Shown: in pieces, positions 23,235-35,898 of the stretch
Layout: each line of letters begins with the position of its first letter
Position numbering within the stretch: the first letter of the stretch is position 1
Position numbers and translations under genes: made by a program
NCBI GenBank assembly: GCA_000708835.1
Contig: DF237178.1
Location: 62,001-126,000, forward strand
From: Klebsormidium nitens
Lineage: Eukaryota; Plantae; Klebsormidiophyceae
Length of the DNA: 64,000 nucleotides
Reading direction: 5' to 3'
The notes under the pieces: generated by a model
Databases searched by the model: none
What the model was told of the DNA's origin: nothing
The model's input: only the letters and a program-made list of their open reading frames with translations

Positions 23235-25575
23235 ACTTTCAGGGGGGTTGGCGGTATGTAGCAGGGGATTAGTTAGGCAGGGGGGAGAAAGTGGTTTTGG
23301 CATTCGGAGGGCGGCGCTGCTTGGGCGGGTTGTGTAAGCGCCGGGGTCGGCCCGAGGGGAGCGGGGGGGAAGTGGTTTGCACCAGACGTTTGTGAGAGCG
23401 GGGCGAACGGGGGGGGGCATAAGAAACTGGCCTTCGGAACACTTTGCAAACGGAGAGAGGCCGAGTTGGCATCAGGAGGATCTGCGAGTCAGAGGTTGGG
23501 GGGGTGATGGCCGCAACAGCACAACCTGTTCGCCGAAGATCCTGATTTGGCGCACGTCAAAAGGGATTGTTAAGGCTTTCGAGGGGGTGCGAGAGGGAAT
23601 CGGAAGGGTTGGGAACTGGAGGGATGCAGTGGAAACTTCGTTGCGTGTTATTGCGACCGGAAAAGAATTTACAGGTCGGTGTCCTACTTCGTCGTACCTG
23701 ACGGACTTGCAAGCGCGGCTGGCCGGTTGGAGCGGAGACAAATGTTTCAATATCGGTCATGAAGTAAAGTGCCTTCTGCATTCCCGTTTTGCTAGAAAGA
23801 TTTCGAATTGGCTCGTCATCACCGTCTTGAAGGAAGCTCCGCACAACATGTAGAGGCGGTGAACCCGCATGCTCTAGCAACAGTCAAATGTTCGATTACG
23901 CGTAGAGTCCCAGCTGTCCAAGAGATACTGGAAGAGTCTTTTGCGTGCGCATTCCGCCCCTTGTAAATTAGACATGACGCCACATTTGTTGTCCCTGGTC
24001 GGATAGCAAAACAAGCGTGTTTGTTCAGTAAGAGTAGCACATAGGCGGTCCTAGTAGAGTTGTGTGTGCTTGTGTTTGAAAGTTATTCGTAGAAGCTAGG
24101 ATTGAGAAGACCTTTTCCCCTCAGACCCACAAACTAGGTCACCACCGTGAGCAACTCGTGCTTGCCCGCTCTTTCTTCATCCATTCAGCACGGCGCCATA
24201 TGTAAGAGCTAGCACAATCCCGTACAGCAGGCGTAGAGCCTACTGTTTAGTACTGTCGGGTAATTGAGATATGCACGATCGACGGTTGCCAGCATTTCTG
24301 CAACGGCCAAGCCGTATATGCGTACGTACAGGCTTGATGCAATAACGCCTGCAGATGTTCAACGTACGGATCAATTGCCCACCATGTGCCGACGGCCGCG
24401 ATGGCCTGAATCTTCTATGCGAAACCGTTGAACCCATCAGTGCAGTGTTTTACTTTCTCAGGGTCTAAAATTAGTTCTCGAAGCTGTTCCATGTAGCTGC
24501 ACTTCGCTGCGGCCGCGCGCCCCATCCTTCCTGCCTCAGGATACGAAGCTGACCGGCAGCTTGCAACGTCCAGGCTGCGGTATGGGCTGTCTTTCGCCGC
24601 TCATGACTTGGACCGTCGTACTGTTGCGAGCAGCTTTGCGTTCTCGGTCAGACACTGATTTGCACACCAATGTTAAGCTGGATATTTTAAAGGCTCAGCG
24701 CTGTGTCGATCATCTAGATATCGTAACAACCGCGTGGAACTACTGCAACCGTTGAACGATTCAGAAGTTGCAAGGAGATTCCACAAGGAGCTACGTGCCC
24801 ACCATTTGAAGCGCAAAGCGAAAGCGATGGAAACTTCCAAATCGATTTCGACATGACCAATCTATTCAATCGGCATGGTATACGATATGCGGACTCACGC
24901 CCGTAGTGGTACTTGGCTTGTCAAGCCGTAGCCACAGCCGGCAGTCAGGAGGTGCTCACAACGTCAAAACGTTGGTTCAAGTTATTGGTAAGAATAGACA
25001 GACCTGCATCTCGTAATGCCTGCGGTTGCACATCATTAACGGGCAGTCGCGGATTTGAATGAGCTGCGGTCACGTGCATGCTCAAAGACGTCTTCGCCTG
25101 CGCGCATATTTGCTAAGATAAGTTGCGGACGGTTAGTGGCCGTCCTTACTCACCAGTGTCCCTTTGATCAGTTTCAGGATGTGCTCTTAGTTCTGAACTA
25201 GAACGTGGTCCCAATTCTACTGCTACTGCTGCTAGTAATCTGCACTGTTAACATCTTGTGACGTAACTTTCGTCTTCTATCTAGGTATAAGGTATAAAAC
25301 GCGTGCTTTTCCTATAGCCTACTTGCGTAGAGTGATCCGTTTCTCGTTGTCAACAGTTGCGCTAACTTTCTGTGGCTTTCCCGACGTTTTACAACGTCAC
25401 GTTTCGCTCAAAGTGATCTCCCACCGATCAACCCGCCCCGAATACTTTTTCCTTGCCGTCCAAATCATGATATCCACTTTCACTTGGGAGGCCTCTTGTT
25501 GAACACCTCTATTTCATCCATAAGCCTCCGATTGGCCATTTGAAGTCTATCGACCACCGGCCCATGTGGCAAAAG

Positions 25576-28500
25576 TCAATTGCCGTTGATGGGTCCCCGG
25601 ATCGGATGCTTGTCCCCGAGAATGGGCGGGAGCTTGATCGTTGTCGGCCGGGCGCTCAGCGGCCGCGGCTTCACCATCAGCGGTCCCCGGTTCCACTCAT
25701 CCACCCCGAGCATCGAAAACGACGAGCCTCGCAGCGACCGCACCGCCTCATTCTTCACCTCCCTGGTCGCCTTAAACTCCTCCCGCATCCGCTCGATCTG
25801 CGCCGAGTACGTGTCCCGGTTGGCCAGGCTCTCCTTCCGGATGAGATTCAGGCCGGAGCTCTTCCGGCGGACTCCACCGAACGCCGGAACGCCGCCCGTG
25901 TCGTCCGCGATGAGCCCGCTCCGGGCGACCGCCTCCCGCGCCTTCGGGCGCCGCAGGTCGCCCTCCGATCCGCTGTGCGGGATTCCGGTTCCGGCGCCCT
26001 CGCCGTTCCGCAGCAGGTGGCTCCGCATCAGCTGCTGCTGCTGCTCGGGGGTCAGGATCTGGGGGCTGCTGATCGTCTTCTTCGGGCGCCGCTTCAGCAG
26101 TTCCGCCCGCGATTCCGCTTTCGCGACTCCGGCGGAAGGCGCCGGGCCATTCACACCAGCCTCCCCCGGGGACTCCCCCCGGGGGGTGTTCCCCGCGCTC
26201 GGGCTGCGCGACAGGCGCTTCAAACGATTCCCTACCGCCTCCTCAAATAATCTTGCCGCGAGCTTGTTCGCGCCCTCCACCAGTTTTTCCGCCCCCGCTA
26301 GTTTCAGCTTCAGCGCGTGCGCCGTCACTTCCCACTCCCCTCCCGCCGGGGCCGGAGCGGCCTCCCGCGTATTCCGCCGACTCGTTCCGCTTCCCCCGAC
26401 GTCGCTCCACCGCCGCTTCCGTTCGCCGTCTTCTGAGTCGCTGCTCTCGCGTCGGGGCAAAAGGTTCGACCCCTGGACTGCGTACCGATTCTCTACCGGA
26501 GGGGTTTCGACTCGAACCGGGGTGCCGATCAGGCGCGGGCTCAGTCGGGAGGAGGGGCTGGGAAGGGGCGACCGGGAGAAGCCCTTTCCGGGAGGGGTGG
26601 GCGATTTGGGGGGCAAGTGAGCGCCCGGAGATCCGCGGTTCTCGACCTGCGGGAAGAGCGAGGATGGAATCTGACATCAGTTGTGAAGAGAAACTCACTA
26701 CGCAAAATTGACTGTTTTCTCGCGGTCTTTGATCCGCGGCTTTCAGTCTCGGAAAAGAGCGATGTCATGTTGGTTCTAGTTGTGGTTTAAAACCCGTTGT
26801 GAGGAGTAATGGAGTCATTCTTGATATGCTCCTCTATGCTTCATGTTCTTCCTTCAGCTTGCGTCCTTATGACAACTAGAATCCCCAGTGCGTTGCCTTT
26901 AAAAGCGCAGCGTGATTACTCATGCACAAACGAAGGAGTTGTGCTCGGAAGAAACCTTCCTCGACGCGGAGTTGGGTTTAAAATATGTTCTCCTTCCCTT
27001 GGGCCCTGGAAAAGGAGCAGTCTCCCCTCCGTATGCATTCACCCATTCGGACAAGGGTGAATGCTCGACTTTGAACGCAAAGTGAATTTCTATCTGTCAA
27101 AATTACTCAGAAAACGTTGTCACGAAGCTTCGAAGCGGTGCAAAGGTGCGCCCAAAAAGCCACGGGGAAGGAGGCACAGCAAAACGTCACCAACTTTACC
27201 GTCCATGCACTTATCGGAGGATACTGTTCAACACAGACTGGCAAAAAAGGAGTCGATCGGCTTCTTCAGAGTTACAAGCAGGTGTAAAGCAGCCTAGGCA
27301 CACGCTCAAGACAGCTGCGAACAACTAGAATTGCGAAAAAAGCTCACCAGGAGTGCGCCCGGCCGAGGTGTGGTCGCCCTCCTCTCCTCTCTTTTCCGCT
27401 CCCGCTCCAGAAGGCTGTCCATGTACGAGTCCCCGGCTGTTGACTGGCGCGTCCCGCGGGGGGTTCTTTCCGACTGCGCGGGGCTCCTGTCCGAATGCCC
27501 GCCGGTCGCGTCCGAACGCCCCGAAATGGCGTCCGAATGCCCGGTGAATCTGTCCGGATACCCGGGAGTTCTGTCCGAGTGGCCGGGAGTTCTGTCGGAG
27601 TGGCCGGGAGTTCTGTCCGCGTGGCCAGAAGTCCTGTCCGAGTGTCCGGGCGTCCGGTCCGACTGCCCAGTGAGCAGACCGCCGCGGTCCCAGCCGCCCG
27701 CGCTCTCGTCCGCCAACGCGCGGAGGTTTAAGGGTTTCACCACCGGCTTGGCGCGGCGGCCGGGGCTTTCAGAAGTTTCGGAGGGGTGTGCATGGCTTTC
27801 GACTCTTTGGGGGGCAACGTGACCGCCGTTTGAGACACGTGGGCTGTGCTTGATCGACCCCCCCTCGACGTAACTGCTGAGCTTTCTGGGGCCGGGCTTG
27901 CACGGGGTGGACGCCTGAGGGTTTGGGGTTTTGAGCGCGCCAAGCGCGTCGGTGCTGAGCCGCGACAGCAGCGGCTCCGAGTTCCGCCGCGGAATCGGCT
28001 TGCCCGACGGAACGGAAGCGGGCGGCGACACCAATACGGTCGCCGCATTCTTCTCCTGCGACTTTCTCAGCTCCCTCAGCTGTTGGATGCCACGTGTCCC
28101 CGCCAGGTACGACGCCCGGTTGGGCGAGTCGAGGTCTCCCCGGGGGGATCCGCCCGACTGGATGGATGACGTGGCAACGGGAGACGACCGGGACGAACTG
28201 CTTCCCCGGGGGGATCCACCGAGCGGCGACGGCTCCGCCCCTCGGGGGCTGCTCTCTGCGCGGGGCGTGTGCTTCCGCAGGAATTCCGCTGCGGAAGAGA
28301 AGGCGCTGGCCACCTTCTGCGGGAAACTTCTGTTCAGACCGGTCGGGCTGTCCGTACCGGTCACATCGATCTCGCTCAATGCGACCGGGGGGGCTCTCGC
28401 CGGGGCATCAAATGCCTCGCTCTTACTCGCGGTCCGTACCGAAGCATCTGGGCGGGTCTCATTCGTCTCGGAAAAACTTTTTACCAATCCCTCCGACTCC

Positions 28501-31500
28501 GTCAAGCTCCCCTGGCTTATGACCACCGCTTTGCCTTGGCTGACGTCACCACTCCCCTCGGTGCTGAGAGTCGTCAACCCGACCGAAGTAGCCCGGCTGT
28601 CTCCCCGAGGATCGCCCCCGAACGAGCTCCCCGACTCTTCTCTTCTTACGCCTCCACTCGTCGTGGACTGTCCGGGGCTCTTCCAGTTGGGGGATCCCTC
28701 CGTTCCGCTGCTTCCGGTGAATCCCGCCCTTCCGCTGCTCCCGGGGGATCCCGCCGCCCAGCTCGAGCCTTCCGTCTGGCTTGCCGCGTGCTCCAAGGAA
28801 GGCTTCCTTGGCTTCTCGCGTTCCCCTGCCAGCATTCCGTTTTCCGCCCGGATCACCACCGGAACCTGCATGTCTTGGCTTTCAATCGATTCGTCTCTTG
28901 CCAACGGACGTTGCCCATCAATCACCCTCTCTACTACAGCCGATCCTATCTTTTGGACGCTAACTTCCGTTCCTTTACGTTCCGGCTCCCGCTTTTCGGA
29001 CGGAACGGTGTCGCCCAGAACCGGCATTTCGGCCCGGCGACCGCTAACCTCCGCTTTGTCTGCCAGCTGGTCGCCAACACTCCCTGTCCGCGTTTCGTTG
29101 CGGGTCACTTCCACCGGGGTTGAGCGCGCGCCCTCTGCCAGGGACTCGTTCCTGGCGCTTTCCGCCGGAATGCCGGAAAACCCGGACGGAAGCTCCAGAA
29201 TGTCGTGCCGGACCTGGGGCGACATCTTCAGCACGCCCCTGGAGCTGACCCGCGCCATTTTGACCGCCGGCCGCGCGTCGACTTCCGGCTCTTTTGCGCG
29301 CGCCTCTTCCGGCTTCGCCCGCTGGCTTTCCCTCGGTTCCGTCCATTTCCTTCCGCTGGCTTCCGCCCTTTCACTCCCGTTCGCTTCTGCCCGCGGCGCT
29401 TCGTAACGGTCGCTCCCTTCCCGTTCCGTCCTTCCGTCCGTCGAATAACTTCCCTGGTATTCCGCCCGCTGGATTCCGCTCGTCTCGCCCGCCGGAACGT
29501 CACCCCGCGCCTCGTCAAACCGCTCAAGGCTCGTCTCTCGCCGCCTTTCAAGCACGGCGCTCGTGGCCAAAGATTCGGCCAGTTCGAACGTTAGTGACGA
29601 TGGGCTGACGTCAGCCATTCCGAGGCGCTGGGCTTGCTCCAGAACCGCCTCGTACATACAGCTGCGGCGCGCGTGAGTCGGCGTCGCGGGCTCCTCCTCC
29701 TGGAGCGCGCGCGCGCGCGCCTCGATGCACGAGCGCACGTACGTGGCGGTGCGCTCCCTGGGCAACCAACGAATCCAAGAACTCAGTGAAAGGGGAGCAC
29801 GCAAAGTTGGCACGACTACAGGGGTTTGTCTCACGCTTAAACCCAAGTCGACAAACCCTCAGAACAGGTTGTTTGAGGAGGGCAAAGACAACCCACGATC
29901 TAGAAATATTCGTGAAGAGGAACACGCGAGAATGGGCTTCAAATCAGGTTTTTCTTCAGGCTTTACCCAGTTCAACGAATATCGGGCCCGGGTTGTCCAA
30001 GGACGCAGAAGATCAACATGTGGAGAAGCTACAGAAATATCAGAACCCGGTAAAGGTGCAGAGGAACAAGCAGGAAAAACAGATGTGAAGAGGCAAAAAC
30101 CACTCTTCTCTCCAGCTATCCAGTGTATCGTTCAGCAAAGTCAGAGCAACCCCCGCAGAAAGCCAGAGTACCTCACAGCAAGCTGCACTCTCTTGCCCTC
30201 GGGAGCGGCAAGAGAGAAGAAAACTTCGATCATCTCGAACTAGATTACTTACGAATTAAAAGTAGCATTTTAGCAAAAGTAAGCTGATCAGCCTAGGATG
30301 GTTGGGGTTGATTTGGGGGTTAGGCTAGGTACGGGTGCGAAACGGGTGATGTTATGGGTTAGGTTTTTAGTGTGTGTGTAGGAGCTTACTTTTGCTAGAG
30401 TTTTCTTATTGCTAACTTGATGGGACATTCATCTCGAACGGCAAGAACGTCAAGAAATTTTGCATTGCTGACCTCAGCGCGGGCGTCATCAGGAGCGCGG
30501 CCGCGGTCGGGCGGTCGGCGGGCGTCGGCGCCAAAAGTGCGCCGAGCAGCGCGTGGAGGTCGGCGCTGTAGTGCGGCGGCGCGGGCTTGTACTCGGCGTT
30601 CATGACGTGGACCGACAGCTCCGCCAGGTTGCTCCCGTTGAACGGGTGCTCCAGGGCCAGCATCTCGTACAGCAAACAGCCCAAACCCCACATGTCTGCG
30701 CGCGCACAGACAGGGTTTTAGCGACTACTACTTGATGGGTGTTGAGGGTTTTTGAAGATTTGGATGAAAACGGTGCGAGGGTCTGAACGGGTACCTCAGG
30801 GCCAGCATTCCGAACAGCCAACGCCCCACATGAGCTCGCGCAGGAATTCAGTGATTGGGTTTCGCAAACTCAGCGCTTAAGGGCTCAAAAATTTTACGTT
30901 GCAAAGACTCGGTAGAGCATCTCGTATACACCGAGAGTGCTAGCGGTGAGGGTTGAGCGGGTGCTCTAGAGCCAGCTTTTCGACAGTCCAGGCATCACGT
31001 GTCTGTGCGCACACAGAGGATGAGGGTTTAGGAAGGCTTCTGGGTTCGACGGCCGGAGAGAGGTCTGGATAGAGACGTCTTTCCCCTGGGGTTTTCAGAC
31101 TTTAGATGTTCTAGACGAGAAGGGCGCTTGAAAGGGCGATTCACGGCTGCGTCCCAACGTAGAATGCACCTCAGCACCTCAGAACGAGCGCCGACTTTTT
31201 TCGAGCAGCGAAATCCTCAGCGTGCCGAAGACGTTTACATGCCACGTGTCACGCAATGATGTAACGGCTCGCAAGTGACATCTCGTATAGCGCCCACCTG
31301 ACTTGTGGTTGTAGGCCTTCCCCTCGAACAGCTCGGGGCTCATGTAGTAGGGCGTGCCCACGAACGTGTTGGCCAGCGCGTGCGTGTCGTCCAGCACGCG
31401 CGCAATGCCGAAATCCTGCACCATTCGTATAGTCATTTCGCGACTGGTTTGGATACTGAGAATGCGATGCCGGAAGTATGCTCTGAATCTCGATACTTCT

Positions 31501-34311
31501 ACGTTGATTGTTCTTGATTGGTATTGTACTGGACATTCAGGAGCTTGCCTAATTGGACTCGCGGAAAAACTCAATCTTGAATGGGTATAGAGGGAAAGCG
31601 GAAGGTCGCAAAGGGGTAAATCAGAGCTGTTGGGGAAATCTATTCCCGGTATTTCAACACGCTGCTGCCTATTATGACCGTATTTGAGGTCGATTGCTTG
31701 CGCCGGCCCTTGGCCCTTTCGCAAGCTAGCCGCTTAAACAACCGCTCTTCAAGACAACGACGTTATCAAACGTCGATTTCAAGAAGGCCGGGTGCTTGGC
31801 TCGTGGCTCACCCCAAGCTGGATCGTCGCTACGTTCCCCTTCGGAAAGTCGTTCTTGTTCCGCATGAACACGTTCCCGGACTGCCAGGAAAAAGTAACGG
31901 CCTTGAGTAACGGCCTTCCACAGAATTCGCCGGTAACTGCTTCCAGTTTGAATCTGAGCTTGCTTATGAGGAATCGACCAGGATGGTCGACCAAAAGCCT
32001 ATGATCATTCGACAATCACGAGGCATCAGCGGAAGACCGCGACAGAGTTTCACGCTTTCTTTCTCTGCTGCTTCTGTCCTTCGTCTCTTCTCAAATGAGC
32101 ACATCGGAAAGACGACAATGGGCTCAACTCAGCGCGTCTGGTTTTTGACTGGTCCGATGTATAAAAAGTTCAACGAAAACTCGACTAGTGCCGTTTAGTC
32201 GATCGAGGAACCAACATACATCTTTCGAGGCGATCACACATTGCCAAGCCGCTGTGCATCGGTCGCTCACCTTCAGGTCCCGGTGCAGAATTCTGTTCCG
32301 GTGCAAGTAGTCCAGGGCCAACACGAGCTGTACAAACCAGTCAATGACCTCATCCTCCGTGAAACTGCATACGAAAACCGACACTACTTAACCACCTGGT
32401 CAAGTGCCTGGTTTAGCTGCCGGTGCAAGCTGGTACAATACGATTACGGCTTAAGAGGCCACTTTCTTGCCTGCAAAAAACTTTCTCGCTGTGTTACCGA
32501 CTCGCCGTGTCCTTGTGGCACCTTGGAGGCAAAGTCAAGCTGCAAGCGAAACCCTTGTTACGTACATTACCGAATCAGTCGCAAGAGAGACTAGCGGGTT
32601 ATCTGCATCGGAAGCAACTAGGACATCTATCGATTACCTGAGTAAGGTGCTACTCCATTTGGGACATGAAACGGCTTATTTACGATACTTGGGTCGATCC
32701 ACAGGCGACACTTGTATCTGGTGTCATGGCATCATTTACATTGAGCGGAATTGGACAGATCCGCCAAGACGCTAGTTCTAGGTCGAGATGCCAGGTTGGT
32801 CGGCCGCTTTGGCGCAACAATCCGTCTCCTGAGTATCTTGTCGCACATATGGATCTAGCAGCTCAACTTGCTCATTTGGCATCTTTGATGCAGCAGAGTC
32901 TGGCATGAGCAGCAGTCTCTTGCGGGCCTCTGAATCTACTAAATCTACTGAATGTAGCCTTTGTGGAGTGCAAAACCGAGACCAGTTGCAATTTCTTGCA
33001 CCTAAAAAATTAGTTCAACCCGTTTGTTGCCTCTTTGTTTCTGAACATTGATGAAAGTAGCATATTGGAGCTTCGGAAGATCTAACTATGGTAAGTCCAG
33101 CTGGCATTGGGTGCTCAGAAGCAAATGTACAGCTGTCAGTGCCAATTTGGAGATTCCCGTTTCTGATCGCCACTCTTCAGAGCCCGCCCCGCAAAACTTG
33201 CACCCAACCAAGAGTCTTGCCAGCAGGGGCAACTCTTAGCTTTCTTGTCTTGCAAGGTCCTAGATACGCAGATCTTGCGGCACTGAAATCACAGAAGGCC
33301 TCAAGGAAACCTTTCTTGTGCAAGGTCTCCGCGAAGGGAACAAACCGCCGGGCGGGCGGACTCACTGTGTGTGCGCGTTTGCATGGCGCTGGATGTGTCC
33401 CCTCAGGTCCCCCCCTCTGCACTGCTCCAACACGAGGCACAGCCGGTTGTGGTTGTCCACAAAGCTCTCCTGTATTGAGCGATTGAACATGTTGACAGCT
33501 GGCGCAAACACTAGCAGTTGTCTTCTGGTGGGCTTCTTTACGAATGACGGGAGGTTTGAGACCGGGGGCACTTCCAATCTTTCGTCTCTGTTTGCTACTT
33601 ATGGGGAGGATCAGCAAGATTAGAAGCAGCGGAAGGCAGATCTGACAGAGTTTTGATTGTTAAGCAAAGGCTAGTTGGATTTTGCGAAGCAGTTCATTGT
33701 CTCTGCATCCAATTGCTGATTCCAGACTTGCATAAACAAACTTCCTGTAAAAGCGGCTACTGCTGAGCGGTTCACACCAGATCGGCAATGCTGGCATGGA
33801 GTTGAGCTTATCAGAAGTTCCACATTGTAAGGGAGCAGCTCTGCCGACTCGTCCATTCTATACTCAATGCTACTAGGTACGGCCTCAATGCTGCCAGCTG
33901 TCACAGCATGGTTGCATATCATTCCACAACGTTTTCTCCTGAGCTTAATGCTGTCAGGCCAGCATTCCCTATATCTGCAAAACCTGAGATCCCCAGTGGT
34001 CTTTCCAACCGTAACCTAATGCTATGCAGCCAATTTGCAGCATCAACGAACCGAGGTTTGTCGCCTACCTTGCACCCGACAATGTTCGGGTGGCTGAGCT
34101 TCATCATCGTCGAGCCTTCCCTGATGCACCCCTCCCGGTCCTTCTCTTTCCTCGGCAGCGGGACCACCTTCATCACCCAGTCCCTCCGCTCCTTCTTCAT
34201 CTCCCCGGTGACCTCGTCCCTAACCAGGGGGGGGTTTCTTTCCCTAACCAAAAAAACCCTGCCCTGCGCCCCCTCCCCAATGGGCTTCATCACGTGGTAC
34301 TTGGACACCAT
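25576..34311 (-). CDS. NEK: NIMA-related (NEK) Ser/Thr kinase with a very long low-complexity C-terminal tail (~1500 aa)
   Basis: Exons 34311-34069, 33469-33366, 32364-32271, 31880-31812, 31415-31298, 30695-~30417, probable small exon ~30239-30172 (junction uncertain), 29757-27348, 26646-25576. Motifs IGEGAQG, VMK, HRDLKSGN, DFGIARVL, FVGTPYYMSPE, DMWGLGCLLYEM, DRPTAAALL. Confidence 0.92.
27460..27669 (-). repeat. Coding 21-bp tandem repeat, about 10 x GHSDRTP-like heptads, in the NEK tail
   Basis: GQSDRTP GHSDRTS GHADRTP GHSDRTP GHSDRTP GYPDRFT GHSDAIS GRSDATG GHSDRSP AQSERTP in the ORF track. Confidence 0.9.
30230..30439. mobile_element. MITE-like foldback element, copy 4 (opposite orientation), in a NEK intron
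   Basis: Perfect 15-bp inverted repeat tagcaaaagtaagct (30271-30285) / agcttacttttgcta (30383-30397); core on the minus strand 30371-30297; 11-bp direct repeat tcatctcgaac at 30230-30240 and 30429-30439. Confidence 0.65.
30786..31016 (-). repeat. Decayed intronic copies of the NEK exon 6 start
   Basis: Minus strand atgtggggcgttggctgttcggaatgctggccctgaggtacccgttca and gcacagacacgtg...ctggctctagagcacccgctcaac resemble the real gcagacatgtggggtttgggctg...ctggccctggagcacccgttcaac. Confidence 0.7.
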
Positions 34312-34489
34312 CTTGGCCGTCTGGTTTCCAGACGGTGTGATGACGTCACCGTGGCGCCCTGAGCTTTGCTAGGGCTGGCTGCTCACCCCCATGCATGCTG
34401 GGTGTCACCTGTCCACCTCTAGTCTTGCGACAGGGGTGGGATCATCGGCAGGGCCCCGGTTTTTATCAACAGGTTAGACCTATTAGAAG

Positions 34490-34557
34490 CTACCGATGCG
34501 CTGTCATTGTTTCAACAGATTCAGTTGGAAACCTACAGATGCGCTGTCATTGTTGCA
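34490..34557 (+). repeat. Direct repeat (43-bp period) about 180-250 nt upstream of the NEK start
   Basis: ctac(c/a)gatgcgctgtcattgtt(t/g)ca at 34490 and 34533. Confidence 0.8.
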
Positions 34558-35898
34558 CTTGGCACCATTTTCTCGTCCTTTGCATCACCGCACGCCGCTT
34601 GCTATGACTCCAAGTTCTCATGAATATGAAAACAGTAATCTGCTTACACTCATACAGAAACTTGGCCCCTGCAGATGTTTGCAAAGCTACCTGAATCTGT
34701 ATTGAATGCGACAAGATTGCCAATTTGGCCGCATTGATTCAAAGAAGAGGAGATCCGATTCGCACAATGATGTGGACTACAGGAAGCATCGGCCTTGACA
34801 AACCCCTTCGCCAGAGCCTACTAAGCAGATTGGGGCCGCGCGGCATTGTGATGACTCTCAGATCTCCTCAGTACAAGCATTTCATTGGCTCGCCGGCGCA
34901 TGCCTGATTGGAGTTCCTCTATTCCCCATTTACAGCTCACGCGTGCATCATGTAGGTATGCTCTTGTTTGTACGGTGTGCAGCTCAAATTGCAGGGTTTA
35001 CATCAGCTAGATAGTACTCCTCCATGACTCTCTCTCTCAACCGTCCTTCCGACGGGGCGATGTACACCGTTGGTTGGACTTCTACAGTGCATGCAGCCGT
35101 CCGATTACATCTTAGAGATTCCGCGCGCGCTCAAACACTGTTTGAGCGGACCTCCAAGCGTTGCGAGCAAGCTGTAGGCCGCCAATTACTGCATCTTACT
35201 ACTACCGGTATGACAAGTACATGGCCCAGAGCAGGATGGACATACGAGTACTGCCTAGGCGGCTCGATCTGCATGTAGGTCATATAGTCTATAGTCTATA
35301 GACACGGCCCTCATATCGACGATGCTTTCAAAGCAGTGACAATAATTTCGGAAGGCGCAGGCACCTCGCGGACACGCTTGCCCCGGACTTGTATTGATGG
35401 AGCTGGGAGACTCTGTGAGACCAGCGGCAGCTGTCTGGTATTGCTTGCAATTGAGCTGATTGATACAATCAGTTTGCAAGGGCGTCACCTGCGGTCAGGA
35501 CTAGACGCTCGGCATGCAGGCTAAGTGTGACTGAACCAGCTAAATCAGTTCTGCACGCCAGAGTCAGGAGGCATAGTTTGCTCGTACAGTTGTTCCCAAG
35601 AGCTTGCATAAGCCTATTTCTGACCTCCAGACGGGTTGAGTTGGAAGGCATCAAGCGGCACCAAAGCAGTGAATCATCATCACCTGTGTCAAAGCGCTGG
35701 CGCTCTTGTCACTTCCTGCCTGGCGGGGCTGAGCTCGGCTGCATGTGCATGATACCAAACAGCTCAAGCAATCTACAAGCTGTTTCCGCGGGTGTTTAGC
35801 TCTGGTGCTCGTTAAAAGGTGAGGCAGCTCGAGTAGGTCACAGTCTGCAAAATGCTTGGCGCCACTCTCCTATCTGACTTTTACATTGTGACGTTTCC

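Noticed and set aside
23300-25500. Short ORFs between G6PD and NEK
   Set aside because: No recognisable motifs or consistent splicing; treated as convergent 3'UTR/intergenic sequence.
27460-27669. Short regular repeats as a CRISPR-like array
   Set aside because: No unique spacers; these are in-frame coding tandem repeats in a eukaryotic gene.
25540-29594. Long plus-strand ORFs (25580-26620, 27931-29406, 28269-29123 and others)
   Set aside because: Antisense shadows of the GC-rich NEK tail exons; no motifs and no independent splice structure.
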